Shown piece by piece: positions 30,439-41,110 of a stretch of DNA of 64,000 nucleotides. A program made the position numbers and the translations under genes. Under the pieces are notes generated by a model. It worked only from the letters and a program-made list of their open reading frames with translations. It was not told the DNA's origin and did no database searches. Every line of letters starts with the position of its first letter. The stretch's first letter is position 1. The DNA is from Bdellovibrionales bacterium (lineage in GTDB: Bacteria > Bdellovibrionota > Bdellovibrionia > Bdellovibrionales > UBA1609), in NCBI GenBank assembly GCA_965200875.1, contig OZ241456.1, forward strand, positions 704,001 to 768,000, in the 5' to 3' direction.

Positions 30439-31494
30439 TTGGTATTCGAGAAAATTGAGCGATATGGAGATCATGAGCAAATTGTTTTTTTTAATGAGCC
30501 TTCTGTGAATTTAAAAGGTATTATTGCCATTCACAACACTTCTCTTGGCCCTGCTCTGGGGGGGTGTCGTATGTGGCCGTATGCTTCCGAACAGGAAGCT
30601 TTGGTGGATGTGTTGAAATTATCCAGAGGAATGACCTATAAAGCCGCAGTGGCGGGTTTGGAGCAAGGAGGCGGAAAATCTGTTATTATCTATGATCCCA
30701 AACAGAAAACACCGGATTTGTTTAAAGCTTTTGGGCGTTTTGTGCATTCTTTAAATGGTGCATACATTACAGCGGAAGATGTAGGAACTAATGTGCGGGA
30801 TATGGAATATATCAGGGAAAGCACTCCTTTTGTGACGGGTTTATCAAAAGAGAGGGGAGGTTCTGGAGATCCCAGTCCTTTTACGGCCCAAAGTACTCTT
30901 GTGGGAATAAAAGCGGCTGTTTCTCATAAATTAAATAAAAGCTCACTGGAGGGTTTGAAAGTGGCTGTTCAGGGAATAGGCAATGTAGGCTGGTATCTGT
31001 CTGAATATTTGTTACAGGAGGGTTGTAAGTTGATTATATGTGATATTTTTGATCAAAAAGCCTTGGATTTTCAAAAAAAGCACCCCCAAGTAAAGGTAGT
31101 TCACCATGAAAGCATTTATGATGAGCAATGTGATATTTTTTCTCCATGCGCTTTGGGAGCTATTATTAATCCAAAAACTCTGAAAAGATTAAAATGTGCT
31201 ATTATTGCCGGAGCGGCAAACAATCAGCTGGATGTTATAAAAACAGAAGATGATATTCGGGATAAAAATATACTTTATGCTCCTGACTTTGTGATTAATG
31301 CAGGAGGGGTTATTAGTGTTTCTGTGGAGTCTCAAGGTAAATACTCTCCTGAAGAGGCTCAGCGTAGAATTAATGATATATATTATGTTTTAAAAGAAAT
31401 TTTTTTTCGTTCAGAAAAAGAAAAGAAAAACCCCACGGATGTGGCAAAAGAAGTGGCCAACAGCAAAATCAGACAAAAAACACTGATTAATTAG
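30439..31494 (+). CDS. Glu/Leu/Phe/Val dehydrogenase (leucine dehydrogenase-like)
   Basis: GPALGGCRM, GMTYK, GGGKSVI, TAEDVGT, GIGNVG, GAANNQL. Confidence 0.92.
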   Translation: MVFEKIERYGDHEQIVFFNEPSVNLKGIIAIHNTSLGPALGGCRMWPYASEQEALVDVLKLSRGMTYKAAVAGLEQGGGKSVIIYDPKQKTPDLFKAFGRFVHSLNGAYITAEDVGTNVRDMEYIRESTPFVTGLSKERGGSGDPSPFTAQSTLVGIKAAVSHKLNKSSLEGLKVAVQGIGNVGWYLSEYLLQEGCKLIICDIFDQKALDFQKKHPQVKVVHHESIYDEQCDIFSPCALGAIINPKTLKRLKCAIIAGAANNQLDVIKTEDDIRDKNILYAPDFVINAGGVISVSVESQGKYSPEEAQRRINDIYYVLKEIFFRSEKEKKNPTDVAKEVANSKIRQKTLIN

Positions 31495-31521
31495 TTGGCT
31501 GTAATAGCAGGAATTATCATC

Positions 31522-32409
31522 ATGGCTAAGCAGAGCTTTTCAGAAACAAAAGAGCGTGATCCTCTTTCTGTATTTGTTAAAAAATCTCATTCTTGGGCAC
31601 TTCAATATTTTCGCCCTTTTCTTTTCTTATTGATAACCAGTATTTCGATTTTTGGTTTGTCTCTTTTTTATTCTTATTGGCAAAAGCGTGAAAATAAAAA
31701 GTCGGAAGAGCTTTTATATCAGGCTAGAAAAGAGTTATCGCTTGCAGAAAAGAAGGCAGGTGGAAATATATTGAATTTTGACAGCGGTCAAAATTTTTTT
31801 GAGCAAGCTAAAAAAGCCAAATACAACTCTGAAATAAATGAAAGGGTGAATAAATATATAAATCAAATTGACAAATGGATTGCTCAGCCATCGGGTTTGT
31901 TATCAGCAATGGAAATGGTTTATTTTTTGCGGAAATATGAAAAATCAGAATTGGCGATGGAACTGTTAAATAAAGCAGTTCTTCATAAGAAAAAAAACAT
32001 GGTTGGTTTTTTAGTAGCTTTACAGGCAGGAACTTATTTAATGGATCAAGGGGAATGTGATAAAGCCATAACTAATTTTCAGTTTATCACAAGGAGTGAA
32101 AAAGCAAAATGGCTTTGGCCAATGACGCTGACTAAAACAGCACTTTGTTATGAAAAGCAAAATAAATGGGATCAGGCAAAGGAAGTTTATAAGCGTGTGA
32201 AAAATGATTTTTCAGACTCTTTGGACGCGGAAACAGCAGGACAATATCTGAATTTATTGAAACTAAGAATGAAAATGGATAAAAAGTTTTTGGGCAAAAA
32301 AGAAGAAAGCCAATCAGCGGAAAATAAAACTGCAGAATCAGGAAAAGATGTTATGGAAAAGAGCAATCCATCTTTGGATAGTGTGAAAAAAAGTTTGCAG
32401 AAGGAGTAA
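31522..32409 (+). CDS. YfgM-like membrane-anchored TPR protein
   Basis: N-terminal TM, TPR-like helices, upstream of bamB-like gene. Confidence 0.65.
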   Translation: MAKQSFSETKERDPLSVFVKKSHSWALQYFRPFLFLLITSISIFGLSLFYSYWQKRENKKSEELLYQARKELSLAEKKAGGNILNFDSGQNFFEQAKKAKYNSEINERVNKYINQIDKWIAQPSGLLSAMEMVYFLRKYEKSELAMELLNKAVLHKKKNMVGFLVALQAGTYLMDQGECDKAITNFQFITRSEKAKWLWPMTLTKTALCYEKQNKWDQAKEVYKRVKNDFSDSLDAETAGQYLNLLKLRMKMDKKFLGKKEESQSAENKTAESGKDVMEKSNPSLDSVKKSLQKE

Positions 32410-32413
32410 AGCT

Positions 32414-33568
32414 GTGCAGAAATTAGTATGGCAGGTCAAAGGCTGTGTTTTTTTAAGTATGTTATTTGTTTCCTGCCAGTCTTTTAATAAAGAAGCTAAT
32501 CACCTACGCTCCGGGCAAAATAAAAAATCTGTTGTTGCGCGAAAAATGTGGATTCGGGAAACTTTTTTTAAAAATTTTACCCGGCCTTCTGTTTTACAGT
32601 CTATAAAGCCTGTTTTTGCTTCTTCCGGGTTATTAGTTCAGGGGAACAGAGTAAATGGGTTGAGTGCTTACACTTTGGAGCAGGGAAAAAGAAAATGGTT
32701 TTTCTCTGTTAAAGGTGGGTTGGCTGGGGATGTGTTGGTTGAAAGCGATTTTGTGTTTTTTGGGGGAGCGGATGGATTTATGTACGCGCTTTACCTAAGC
32801 ACGGGTCGGGTGTTATGGAAATATTATGTCGGTGCTGTTAATATAAGCCGACCGACAATAAGAGATAATCATTTATATTTCGCGTCTGCTAATAGAATGT
32901 ATTGTTTAAAAGCGAAAACAGGGGAAAGTGTATGGACCTATACAGCTTCATTAAGTCCCTCGGAGTTTACCATTGAAGGCGTAGCTAGCCCACTTGTAAA
33001 CAAAGCTAAAAGTTCTCTTATATATTTTAAAACAAGCGATGGTTCGCTTATCGCTTTAAACTCCAGAGGCAAACTAAAGTGGAAACAAAAGTTATCTCAA
33101 TCATCTGATCGATTTACCTCTGCCGTTTCCGATCCTGTAATGGGAAAAATGTGTTTATACAGTGCTGGAGTGGAGTCGGGTTTATATTGTTTGAATAAAA
33201 AAACCGGCAAAGTAATCTGGAAAAACTCTTCTGGTTCTCATGGTAATTTGCTTCTTTCCGGTTCTCGAATTTTTTATTCGACATCAGATGGAAAAATATT
33301 AGCTTTGGATCAAAGATCAGGAAAACAAATTTGGAGTCATCAGGTGGAGGAAACAATAGCCACCTCTCCTGTATTATATAAAGACATTTTAATTTATGGA
33401 GAGTACTCAGGTGCTTTGCGTTTTATATCCCGCGATACCGGAAAAGCTTTGGGTTATTTTTCTTTTGGAAGTGGAATGTCCGCGCCTCCTTTGGTATCAG
33501 CAGTAAACTCAGAACTTTATTTTCTTTCCAATGTTGGATGGCTCTATAAACTAAAGCTTCTTTTATAA
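32414..33568 (+). CDS. bamB: BamB-like PQQ beta-propeller lipoprotein
   Basis: Lipobox FVSC; propeller repeats; synteny with yfgM-like gene. Confidence 0.65.
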   Translation: MQKLVWQVKGCVFLSMLFVSCQSFNKEANHLRSGQNKKSVVARKMWIRETFFKNFTRPSVLQSIKPVFASSGLLVQGNRVNGLSAYTLEQGKRKWFFSVKGGLAGDVLVESDFVFFGGADGFMYALYLSTGRVLWKYYVGAVNISRPTIRDNHLYFASANRMYCLKAKTGESVWTYTASLSPSEFTIEGVASPLVNKAKSSLIYFKTSDGSLIALNSRGKLKWKQKLSQSSDRFTSAVSDPVMGKMCLYSAGVESGLYCLNKKTGKVIWKNSSGSHGNLLLSGSRIFYSTSDGKILALDQRSGKQIWSHQVEETIATSPVLYKDILIYGEYSGALRFISRDTGKALGYFSFGSGMSAPPLVSAVNSELYFLSNVGWLYKLKLLL

Positions 33569-33610
33569 ATTCTTTTCTTGTTGGGCGTAGTATTCTAAAG
33601 GATGTGTGTG

Positions 33611-33652
33611 TATTGCTCATGCTCACAGATTGGTCTCAAATCTGCGTTTTGC
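33611..33652 (-). repeat. Degenerate half-copy of family A core
   Basis: TATTGCTCAT..CTCAC..TGGTCTCAAA..TGCGTTTTGC aligns with 52249-52291. Confidence 0.55.
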
Positions 33653-33913
33653 ATAAATTTATAACGCTCCGTATTAAATAAGATATTTGTAAAAAATTCA
33701 CATATTGAAAAATATACACATACACAATGGTAAATATATGTTATCCAAGGACTTTTTACATATCTTGAAACAGGAAAAGGTTTTGATTTTGTTTATAAAG
33801 TTTCTGAGGAAAATAACCGAAACTTCACATTTTTTTATAGCTTGTCAAAAACAATAAAATATGTTCTTTAAGATAGCAAAGTTTCATCAACAAAAACTTT
33901 CAGGAGGTTTACG

Positions 33914-36805
33914 ATGAGGTATCTATTATTTTTAGCACTTTTTGTTTTTCTGTCTTTTTCTTCTTTGGCTGAAGTACAGGCAGATAAATCAACCGAAGAG
34001 CAGGAAAAGAAATCAGCAGAAGAGCAAAACAGGACAGTAGCTGAAGAGCACGAAGACGCAGAAGAGCAAAAATCAGATGAAGAAGTGGAAAAATTAGAAG
34101 TTTTAGGTTCACATATTAAAAAAATATCTACAGAGGGACCTTCTCCGGTTTTAGTGATTGATCGTGAACAAATTGAAATGTCTGGTTATAATTCTCTTGG
34201 GGCCGTTTTACGGGATCTGCCTGTGGCTTCTTTTGGTGGACAAAGAGCTGCTTCTTTAAGAGATATTCCAAGTTCAACGGGAACTAGCCTTAGAGGAATG
34301 AAAAGCAACAATATTTTAATTCTTATTAATGGAGCGCGAGTTTCTCCTATAGGAGGAGGTTCTGCTGTCGATTTAAATATAATTCCTCTATCTGTAATTG
34401 AGCGAATTGAAATTTTAAAAGAAGGAACTCCTCTTTACGGTTCCGACGCCATCGGTGGAGTGATTAATGTGGTTACAAAGAGTGACTACGCCGGCGGAGA
34501 AGTAAATGTGCATGGTTCTCTTGTGCAGAGAGTGGAAGGAAATAGCTGGGAGGGTTTTGCATCTTTAGTAGATTTTTGGAATTGGGATGAAACAGGCCAC
34601 TCTACTGTGGATAACTCTTGGGCAGGGAAAGCAGACACATTAAGTGTTGATGCCAGCTATGGTGGAAGTAAAAGTGACATAAACTATATAGTAGGAGGAC
34701 AAGTGCGCTTGGATACCTCTATTTATATGAGAGATCGTTCATTTGGGCAACCATTGGTGAAGCATTATTCTCCCACAGGTTCTCCAGGTTCATGGAAAGA
34801 AGTGGATTCTTCTTGGAACCCGGCTCCGGGATGTCCTGAAGAGAATGTAGAAAAGGGAAGATGTAAATTTGACTTTTCTTCTTTTATGAGTTTTATGCCA
34901 CAGATTTTTCAAACAAGTGGTTTTTTTCAAGCCAGTACAGATATTGATGATATGATGATTTCAGGAAGAGTAATATATAATTATACAAGAGCACATTCTG
35001 TATTGGCACCTGCTCCGGACGGAATGAGGGTTCCTATGGAGTTAGCTCAAAAAATGGGATTACCAGCGGATAAAGATGTAGATCTTGCTTATCGTCTCGT
35101 AGGTGAAGAAGGAACTGGCCCAAGAGAAGGTATGACAAATCAACATTTTTATCAAGTTCAATTTGGAGCTATAAAACCTTTTTTGAACACATTGGAATTA
35201 GAGCTGGAACTTAATATTTCAGGTGCTCATTATTTTCATACAGGAAAAGGTTACGCAATAAAAAAAGCTCCTAATCCTAATGATGGTGAAGGTAACAAAT
35301 CTATAGAAGAGGAAGCTTTGCAATTAATGAAAGATGAGGGGAAAACCAATTTGGATGATTTAGCCAAGCAAGATAAGTTTAACCCTATTGCTGATAAAAA
35401 GAATGATGTTTCCAAAGCAACCTATGAGCCTTTTAGCAACACTCACTCTAATGTGATAAGTTTGGAACCTAAGCTTACTGGTGAAATTATGGAGATTGGT
35501 GAACAGTCGTCTCTTCTATTTGCTATGGGTGCCGTAGCCGCTTGGCAAAGGTATGATCAGAATAGCGATGTAATTAGTAAAGCTGGTGTGCAATGGGGAG
35601 GTGGTGTTGTAAGTGAAGGTTCAGGAGATCGTTTGTCCAGTGGGTTCTATGGTGAACTTTCTTCTATACTTGCTGAAATGATAGAAGTACAAATAGGTGC
35701 CAGAACAGATTATTACTATAGTGATGTTGGTTTTAGTGGTTTTGCCATGCAGGATATGTTTGATGGTGATCTCACCCTTCCATTTTCCCCAAGAGCTGCT
35801 TTATCTTTTCAGCCAATAAATGAAATAAAATTCAGGACTTCTTGGGGGATGGGGTTTAAAGCTCCTACATTAATGAGTTTAAATCATGATGAAGTAATTG
35901 GCCACCCTTTTACTATTGATTATGTTCAGTGTCCTTCTTATGATCGTCAAAACCCAGAGTGTAACAAAAAGCAGGTTGAGGCTAAATTTACATCCTCTGA
36001 TGAACTAAAGCCGGAACTTTCTCAATCCTTTAATGTTGGTGTGGTTGTGGAACCAACACAAGGTATTTCTTTTGGTCTGGATTATTACCGCACCACACAG
36101 GAAGATATCATAATTAATTTTTCAGACGCGGACTCCTTAAATGAATTTACAAGAAATGTTATCAAATACGAACAAAAATACGGTGTGGAAAAATTGAGAA
36201 ATTTGGGAAAATATAATGTAAAAAGAAGCCCGACTGGAGAGGTAGAAACAGTGGAAGTACAAGCCACTAACTTGGCCAACTATGAGGCACAAGGTCTGGA
36301 TTTTGAATTTACTTTAACTATGCCTTTGGAAGCTGGTTGGGATCTGGGTTTTAGTGTTCAGCATTCTCATTTGCTTTATGTGGAACAGCAAGTGTTTGAA
36401 GGTTTGGATGCAGAGTTACCTGTTCCGTATTATGAATGGATAGATGATTCAGCAGGTACAGAAGAAACATGGTATGGCTTTCCTCGTTGGAGGAACAGAG
36501 CTATTCTTAGTGTAATGAATAAAGACATGGGACATAGTGCTCAGCTGATTGTTCATAATATTCCAGGACAGTTAAAACTGCCTGAGTCGAAGGAAAAAAC
36601 AGAATATTATTGGCAATTGGATCTGGCTGGCACTGTTGGTTTGACGAAATCAACTAGGTTGACATTGGGAATTAGAAATATTCTGGGTCAGGAGCGTCCT
36701 GATAACAAAGAAGATTTTACAGCCGGCGGTGGATACATTCACTCATCCTTGTATAGTATTCGTGGTCGAACAATTGATGCTAGGTTAACTTATAACTTTC
36801 AGTAG
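33914..36805 (+). CDS. TonB-dependent receptor
   Basis: VLGSHI..GPSPVLVIDREQIE plug; IERIEILKEG..YGSDAIGGVINVVT; C-terminal LTYNF. Confidence 0.92.
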   Translation: MRYLLFLALFVFLSFSSLAEVQADKSTEEQEKKSAEEQNRTVAEEHEDAEEQKSDEEVEKLEVLGSHIKKISTEGPSPVLVIDREQIEMSGYNSLGAVLRDLPVASFGGQRAASLRDIPSSTGTSLRGMKSNNILILINGARVSPIGGGSAVDLNIIPLSVIERIEILKEGTPLYGSDAIGGVINVVTKSDYAGGEVNVHGSLVQRVEGNSWEGFASLVDFWNWDETGHSTVDNSWAGKADTLSVDASYGGSKSDINYIVGGQVRLDTSIYMRDRSFGQPLVKHYSPTGSPGSWKEVDSSWNPAPGCPEENVEKGRCKFDFSSFMSFMPQIFQTSGFFQASTDIDDMMISGRVIYNYTRAHSVLAPAPDGMRVPMELAQKMGLPADKDVDLAYRLVGEEGTGPREGMTNQHFYQVQFGAIKPFLNTLELELELNISGAHYFHTGKGYAIKKAPNPNDGEGNKSIEEEALQLMKDEGKTNLDDLAKQDKFNPIADKKNDVSKATYEPFSNTHSNVISLEPKLTGEIMEIGEQSSLLFAMGAVAAWQRYDQNSDVISKAGVQWGGGVVSEGSGDRLSSGFYGELSSILAEMIEVQIGARTDYYYSDVGFSGFAMQDMFDGDLTLPFSPRAALSFQPINEIKFRTSWGMGFKAPTLMSLNHDEVIGHPFTIDYVQCPSYDRQNPECNKKQVEAKFTSSDELKPELSQSFNVGVVVEPTQGISFGLDYYRTTQEDIIINFSDADSLNEFTRNVIKYEQKYGVEKLRNLGKYNVKRSPTGEVETVEVQATNLANYEAQGLDFEFTLTMPLEAGWDLGFSVQHSHLLYVEQQVFEGLDAELPVPYYEWIDDSAGTEETWYGFPRWRNRAILSVMNKDMGHSAQLIVHNIPGQLKLPESKEKTEYYWQLDLAGTVGLTKSTRLTLGIRNILGQERPDNKEDFTAGGGYIHSSLYSIRGRTIDARLTYNFQ

Positions 36806-36986
36806 AAAGTTCAGGTTAAGTGTTTTTTTTACTGACTGACATTGATTAAAGATAAACAAGTTGATTGATTGTGGATTTGGAGTTTTTTAAGAAGGGGAAT
36901 ATAAATCAGCTCAGGAGTTTGTAATATACACAAATTATGTATTTCCCATGTAGGAAAAGTAATAAATTATTATAAAAAGGTTTTGT

Positions 36987-37835
36987 GTGAATGTAACTCA
37001 AATTGGGCTGGTTGTTTTGTTGGCAGTCAGCCCCTTTTTTTTGTCAGCCAATGAAAACCAACAGTCGGATGGCTTGGTGTCGTCTTTTTCTGCTGAAATA
37101 AATCTATTTGCAAGCAATGAAAAAAAGCTCAATCAGGTGATTGAAGAGCAAATGAAAAACCACCAAAAAGGTGCTGACTCCCAGAGAAAAGTCTCTTCTT
37201 TGGCAGATGAAACAGAAGATATTGTCAATGATTATGAAATCACTTTGCGCAGGATTGAAGACACTCGTAATTATAACAGTCAATTAAAAAAACTCCTCGC
37301 AGATCAAACCGCAGAAATGTCCTCTATTCGAACACAAATAGTGGAAGTCAAGCAAACCAGTAAGAATATTTTGCCACTCATGGTGGAAATGATTAAAAAT
37401 CTGGAAAAATTTATCTCCCTAGATGTTCCCTTTTTGCTGGAGGAAAGAAAGAAGCGTGTGGTGGAAATCAAAAAAATCATGGATCGCGCAGGGGTTTCCA
37501 TATCGGAAAAATACCGCCGGCTTATGGAAGCTTATCAGATTGAAAATGAATACGGCAGAACTCTCGAAGATTATAGGGGGTTTCAGGATGTGGACGGAAA
37601 AAAATTGAGCGTAAATTATCTGCGTGTGGGTCGCATCGCCCTGATTTATCAAAGTCTGGATGGAAAAAAACAGGCATACTGGAATAAAAATAAAAAACAA
37701 TGGGTAAAACTCCCTTCCCGTTATGGCAGAACCGTGGAAGATGGGCTTAAGATAGCCAGAAAACAACAGGCTCCTGAGTTATTAATCGTGCCGATTCCTG
37801 CTCCCATAAAAACAAACAATAGAGGTGTGGATTAA
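36987..37835 (+). CDS. DUF3450-family periplasmic protein of TtpC-type TonB systems
   Basis: DVPFLLEER, EKYRRLMEAYQIENEYG, LRVGRIAL. Confidence 0.85.
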   Translation: MNVTQIGLVVLLAVSPFFLSANENQQSDGLVSSFSAEINLFASNEKKLNQVIEEQMKNHQKGADSQRKVSSLADETEDIVNDYEITLRRIEDTRNYNSQLKKLLADQTAEMSSIRTQIVEVKQTSKNILPLMVEMIKNLEKFISLDVPFLLEERKKRVVEIKKIMDRAGVSISEKYRRLMEAYQIENEYGRTLEDYRGFQDVDGKKLSVNYLRVGRIALIYQSLDGKKQAYWNKNKKQWVKLPSRYGRTVEDGLKIARKQQAPELLIVPIPAPIKTNNRGVD

Positions 37836-37847
37836 GAGGTAGAGAAT

Positions 37848-39284
37848 ATGAAACAAATATTACAGAGTTTTCAAAAAAGTGGTTTATTCATGCGCACTAT
37901 ACGACCTTTGTGTTACTTTATGATGTATCTTTGTTGCTTTATGTTCTGTCTGTTTCTGCCACTTTTTTTGTTTTCCGCACAGGCTGACACTTTAGATGTT
38001 CTGTTAAAAAAAGTTTTGGATGAGAGGAAATATGAATCAAAGGAACTTCAACAAAGAGAAAAAGATTTTAAAAAGAATCGGGATAATAGAAAAGCACTTT
38101 TAAATAAAGCGCGTGCGGAATTAAGAAGAGAGGAACGAATAAGCGAGCGTCTTACCACTGAATTTGAGAAAAATGAAAAAGAATTGGCCATATTAGAAAA
38201 TGAGCTGAATATAACAGTGGGGGTTTTGGGAGAACTGTTTGGAGTGGTAAAGCAAATAGCTGGTGACTTCCGAGGACAAACCCTTAATTCTCTTGTTTCA
38301 GTGGAAATACCTGGCCGGGAAAAATTTGTGGAAACCATTGCCGTCAGAAAAAAACTTCCTACTATCAAGGAATTGCGACAACTCTGGTTTGAGTTGCAAA
38401 GAGAGATGACAGAGCAGGGAAGAGTCACTCAATTTCCGGCAGAAGTGATTGCCTTGGATGGAAAAAAGTCAACACAAACAATTACACGCGTGGGGGCGTT
38501 TAATCTCATAAGCAAAGGAAAATACCTGAGCCACCAAGGAGATTCTGCTCAAATTGTGGAACTGCCAAAGCAACCGGAACGGCGTTTTACCCGCCATATT
38601 GGAAAAGTGGAAAAAGCTAAATCAGGAACTTTTCCTGTTTTTGCTGTAGATCCCTCTAGAGGTTCTTTGATTTCCATTCTTATTAGCACGCCCAGTGTTT
38701 TTGAAAGAGTCAAGCAAGGTGGTTTTGTGGGGTTGGTTATTATTATTATATTAATTATTGGGCTTTGTTTGGTCCTAGAGCGATTTATTGTTATCAGAAA
38801 AGAGGAGAAAAAGATTGAAGCGCAACTTACAAGCTCTACAGCGAAATCGGATAATCCAGTGGGGCAAATTCTTTCCCTGTATGAAAAAAACAAACATTTG
38901 GATATGGAAACTCTGGAAATAAAATTAAATGAAATAGTTATTAAATATCTTCCAAGGGTGGAGAGAAGAATAGGTGTTATAAAGCTTTTGGCAGGTATAT
39001 CACCCCTCTTGGGGCTACTTGGTACGGTGATGGGGATGATATTGACTTTTCAGTCCATTACCTTGTTTGGCACAGGAGATCCCAAGCTTATGGCTGGAGG
39101 AATTTCACAGGCATTGGTGACAACTATGTTAGGGTTGATCTGCGCTGTTCCTCTGTTATTGTTTCATACTTTTATTTCCAGTCGCTCTCAAAAGGTGGCA
39201 CAAGTGTTGGAGGAGCAAACTACAGGGTTGTTAGCCAAAAAACTTTTAGCAGAACAAAAAGCAGAACAAAAAGATATAACATGA
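37848..39284 (+). CDS. Long MotA/TolQ/ExbB-family protein (TtpC-like)
   Basis: Coiled-coil N-terminus; PLLGLLGTVMGMI, GDPKLMAGGISQALVTT. Confidence 0.88.
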   Translation: MKQILQSFQKSGLFMRTIRPLCYFMMYLCCFMFCLFLPLFLFSAQADTLDVLLKKVLDERKYESKELQQREKDFKKNRDNRKALLNKARAELRREERISERLTTEFEKNEKELAILENELNITVGVLGELFGVVKQIAGDFRGQTLNSLVSVEIPGREKFVETIAVRKKLPTIKELRQLWFELQREMTEQGRVTQFPAEVIALDGKKSTQTITRVGAFNLISKGKYLSHQGDSAQIVELPKQPERRFTRHIGKVEKAKSGTFPVFAVDPSRGSLISILISTPSVFERVKQGGFVGLVIIIILIIGLCLVLERFIVIRKEEKKIEAQLTSSTAKSDNPVGQILSLYEKNKHLDMETLEIKLNEIVIKYLPRVERRIGVIKLLAGISPLLGLLGTVMGMILTFQSITLFGTGDPKLMAGGISQALVTTMLGLICAVPLLLFHTFISSRSQKVAQVLEEQTTGLLAKKLLAEQKAEQKDIT

Positions 39285-39922
39285 ATGTAGTTTATCATTT
39301 TTTTGAAACAATATTGAATTTTATGAACCAAGGAGGCTGGGTTTTAAATTGGATTTTTTGTGCTGTTTTTATTTTATGGCTTTTAGCTATAGACAGATTT
39401 TGGTATTTACATTTTAATTTTAAAAAAGATTCTCAAGAGATTTTAAATAATTGGAAAAATTTTTCTTTCACAAATATAAATCAAACTGATGGGGAAAGGA
39501 ATAGGCTTTCAGAATCTTCATCTGCGGAGAGAGGAAAATTTGCACAGGAAAGCCCTCGCCAAAGTCGTATAAAGAGGAATCAAAAAAATATTTTATTCTC
39601 GAAGATACGAAAAGCCGAGTTATCCTCTTTGAATATGTTATTAAATAAACACATTTCTCTTATTAAAACTCTTGTAGCACTTTGCCCGTTGTTGGGTTTA
39701 TTGGGAACAGTTACAGGAATGATTTATGTTTTTGAAATAATGTCTGCTGTGGGCACAGGCAATGCACGGTTGATGGCCAGCGGTGTTTCAAGGGCCACTA
39801 TACCCACAATGGCTGGTATGGTGGGTGCTCTCTCTGGTATTTATATCAGTCGTGTGTTGGAAAACCGCGTAAACAAGGAAAAACAAAAACTCGTTCATTC
39901 CTTAATGGAGATGGAAACATAA
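39281..39922 (+). CDS. exbB: ExbB proton channel protein
   Basis: CPLLGLLGTVTGMI, MASGVSRATIPTMAG. Confidence 0.88.
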   Translation: MNVVYHFFETILNFMNQGGWVLNWIFCAVFILWLLAIDRFWYLHFNFKKDSQEILNNWKNFSFTNINQTDGERNRLSESSSAERGKFAQESPRQSRIKRNQKNILFSKIRKAELSSLNMLLNKHISLIKTLVALCPLLGLLGTVTGMIYVFEIMSAVGTGNARLMASGVSRATIPTMAGMVGALSGIYISRVLENRVNKEKQKLVHSLMEMET

Positions 39923-40323
39923 TGAGAAGAATCATTAAGAAAAAAGATGAAGAAAGCACTATTGATTTAACTCCCATGCTGGATGTGGTTTTTATTATGC
40001 TCATCTTTTTTATTGTCACAACCTCATTTGTAAAGGAATCCGGTATTGATGTGAGTCGTCCCTCCGCTAAAACTGCCAAGAAAAAAGAAAGAGCTACAAT
40101 ATTGGTGGCTATTGGCCAGTCAGGGGAGATATGGATCCAAAGAAGAAAAGTGGATATTCGATCTGTAAGAGCCAATATTGAAAGATTGCATGCGGAAAGC
40201 CCAGAAGGAACTGTCGTTATTCAGGCTGACGAAAGATCAGAAACTGGTTTGTTAGTGGATGTAATGGATCAAGTGCGTCTGGCTGGAGTGGAGAGTATTG
40301 CCGTTTCTGCAAAGCAAAAATAA
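39922..40323 (+). CDS. exbD: Biopolymer transport protein ExbD
   Basis: IDLTPMLDVVFIMLIFFIVT. Confidence 0.93.
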   Translation: MRRIIKKKDEESTIDLTPMLDVVFIMLIFFIVTTSFVKESGIDVSRPSAKTAKKKERATILVAIGQSGEIWIQRRKVDIRSVRANIERLHAESPEGTVVIQADERSETGLLVDVMDQVRLAGVESIAVSAKQK

Positions 40324-40342
40324 AACTGGACTATTTATTATT

Positions 40343-40984
40343 ATGAAAAAAATAATACTGGCGCAAAATACACTTGTGAAAATCATTGCCAGCGCGGGGT
40401 TGGCTTTCCTGACAGTCCTAGTTCTTTTTTACATTATGTCAGCTTTGATTTCCAATACACCGGATATAAACAAACAAGCGAATCAAACCAGTTTGATTGA
40501 ATTTATCCGAGTGAAGCCACGGACCTTCCTAGATGAAAAAAAACGAAAACTACCGGAAAAAAAACCAAAAGAAATGAAACCCCCTAAAATGAAAATGCTT
40601 TCTTCCGCTTTGTCTAAACCTCAAAAAATGAATCAACAAATGAATTTACCAGATATAAAATCCATTTTAAAATCCGGTGGGCCGGCGGTAGGAGGGCTGG
40701 GTATGGCTATGGGTTCTGAAGTCACTCCTCTGATTCGCATTGAGCCACAATATCCCAGAAAAGCAGCCATGCAAGGCATAGAAGGCTGGGTTATTTTACA
40801 ATTTAATCTTACTCCAGCCGGTTCTGTGAGTGATGTGCAGGTGCTGTCTGCACGACCTCCCAGAATATTCGACCGGGAAGCTATAAAAGCTTTGCGGAAA
40901 TGGAAGTATCGCCCTAAAATGGAAAATGGAAAACCTGTTGAACAAAAAGGCATGAAAGTGCAACTGAATTTCAAACTGGAATGA
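40343..40984 (+). CDS. tonB: Energy transducer TonB
   Basis: TM anchor, Pro/Lys linker, PQYPRKAA..GIEGWV, KWKYRP. Confidence 0.92.
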   Translation: MKKIILAQNTLVKIIASAGLAFLTVLVLFYIMSALISNTPDINKQANQTSLIEFIRVKPRTFLDEKKRKLPEKKPKEMKPPKMKMLSSALSKPQKMNQQMNLPDIKSILKSGGPAVGGLGMAMGSEVTPLIRIEPQYPRKAAMQGIEGWVILQFNLTPAGSVSDVQVLSARPPRIFDREAIKALRKWKYRPKMENGKPVEQKGMKVQLNFKLE

Positions 40985-41110
40985 TGGTTTTCAATGTGCT
41001 TTTACAAAAAATATTTTTTGAGTTATTAAAAAAAAACTTTTTAGTGGAAAAACACGAGGATGAATCGACCTTGAAAAATGAACATATAAACATAATATAA
41101 GGAGAAAGAT

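Noticed and set aside
33914..40984. TBDR-DUF3450-ExbB-ExbB-ExbD-TonB cluster as a novel system
   Set aside because: Matches the known TtpC-type TonB organisation
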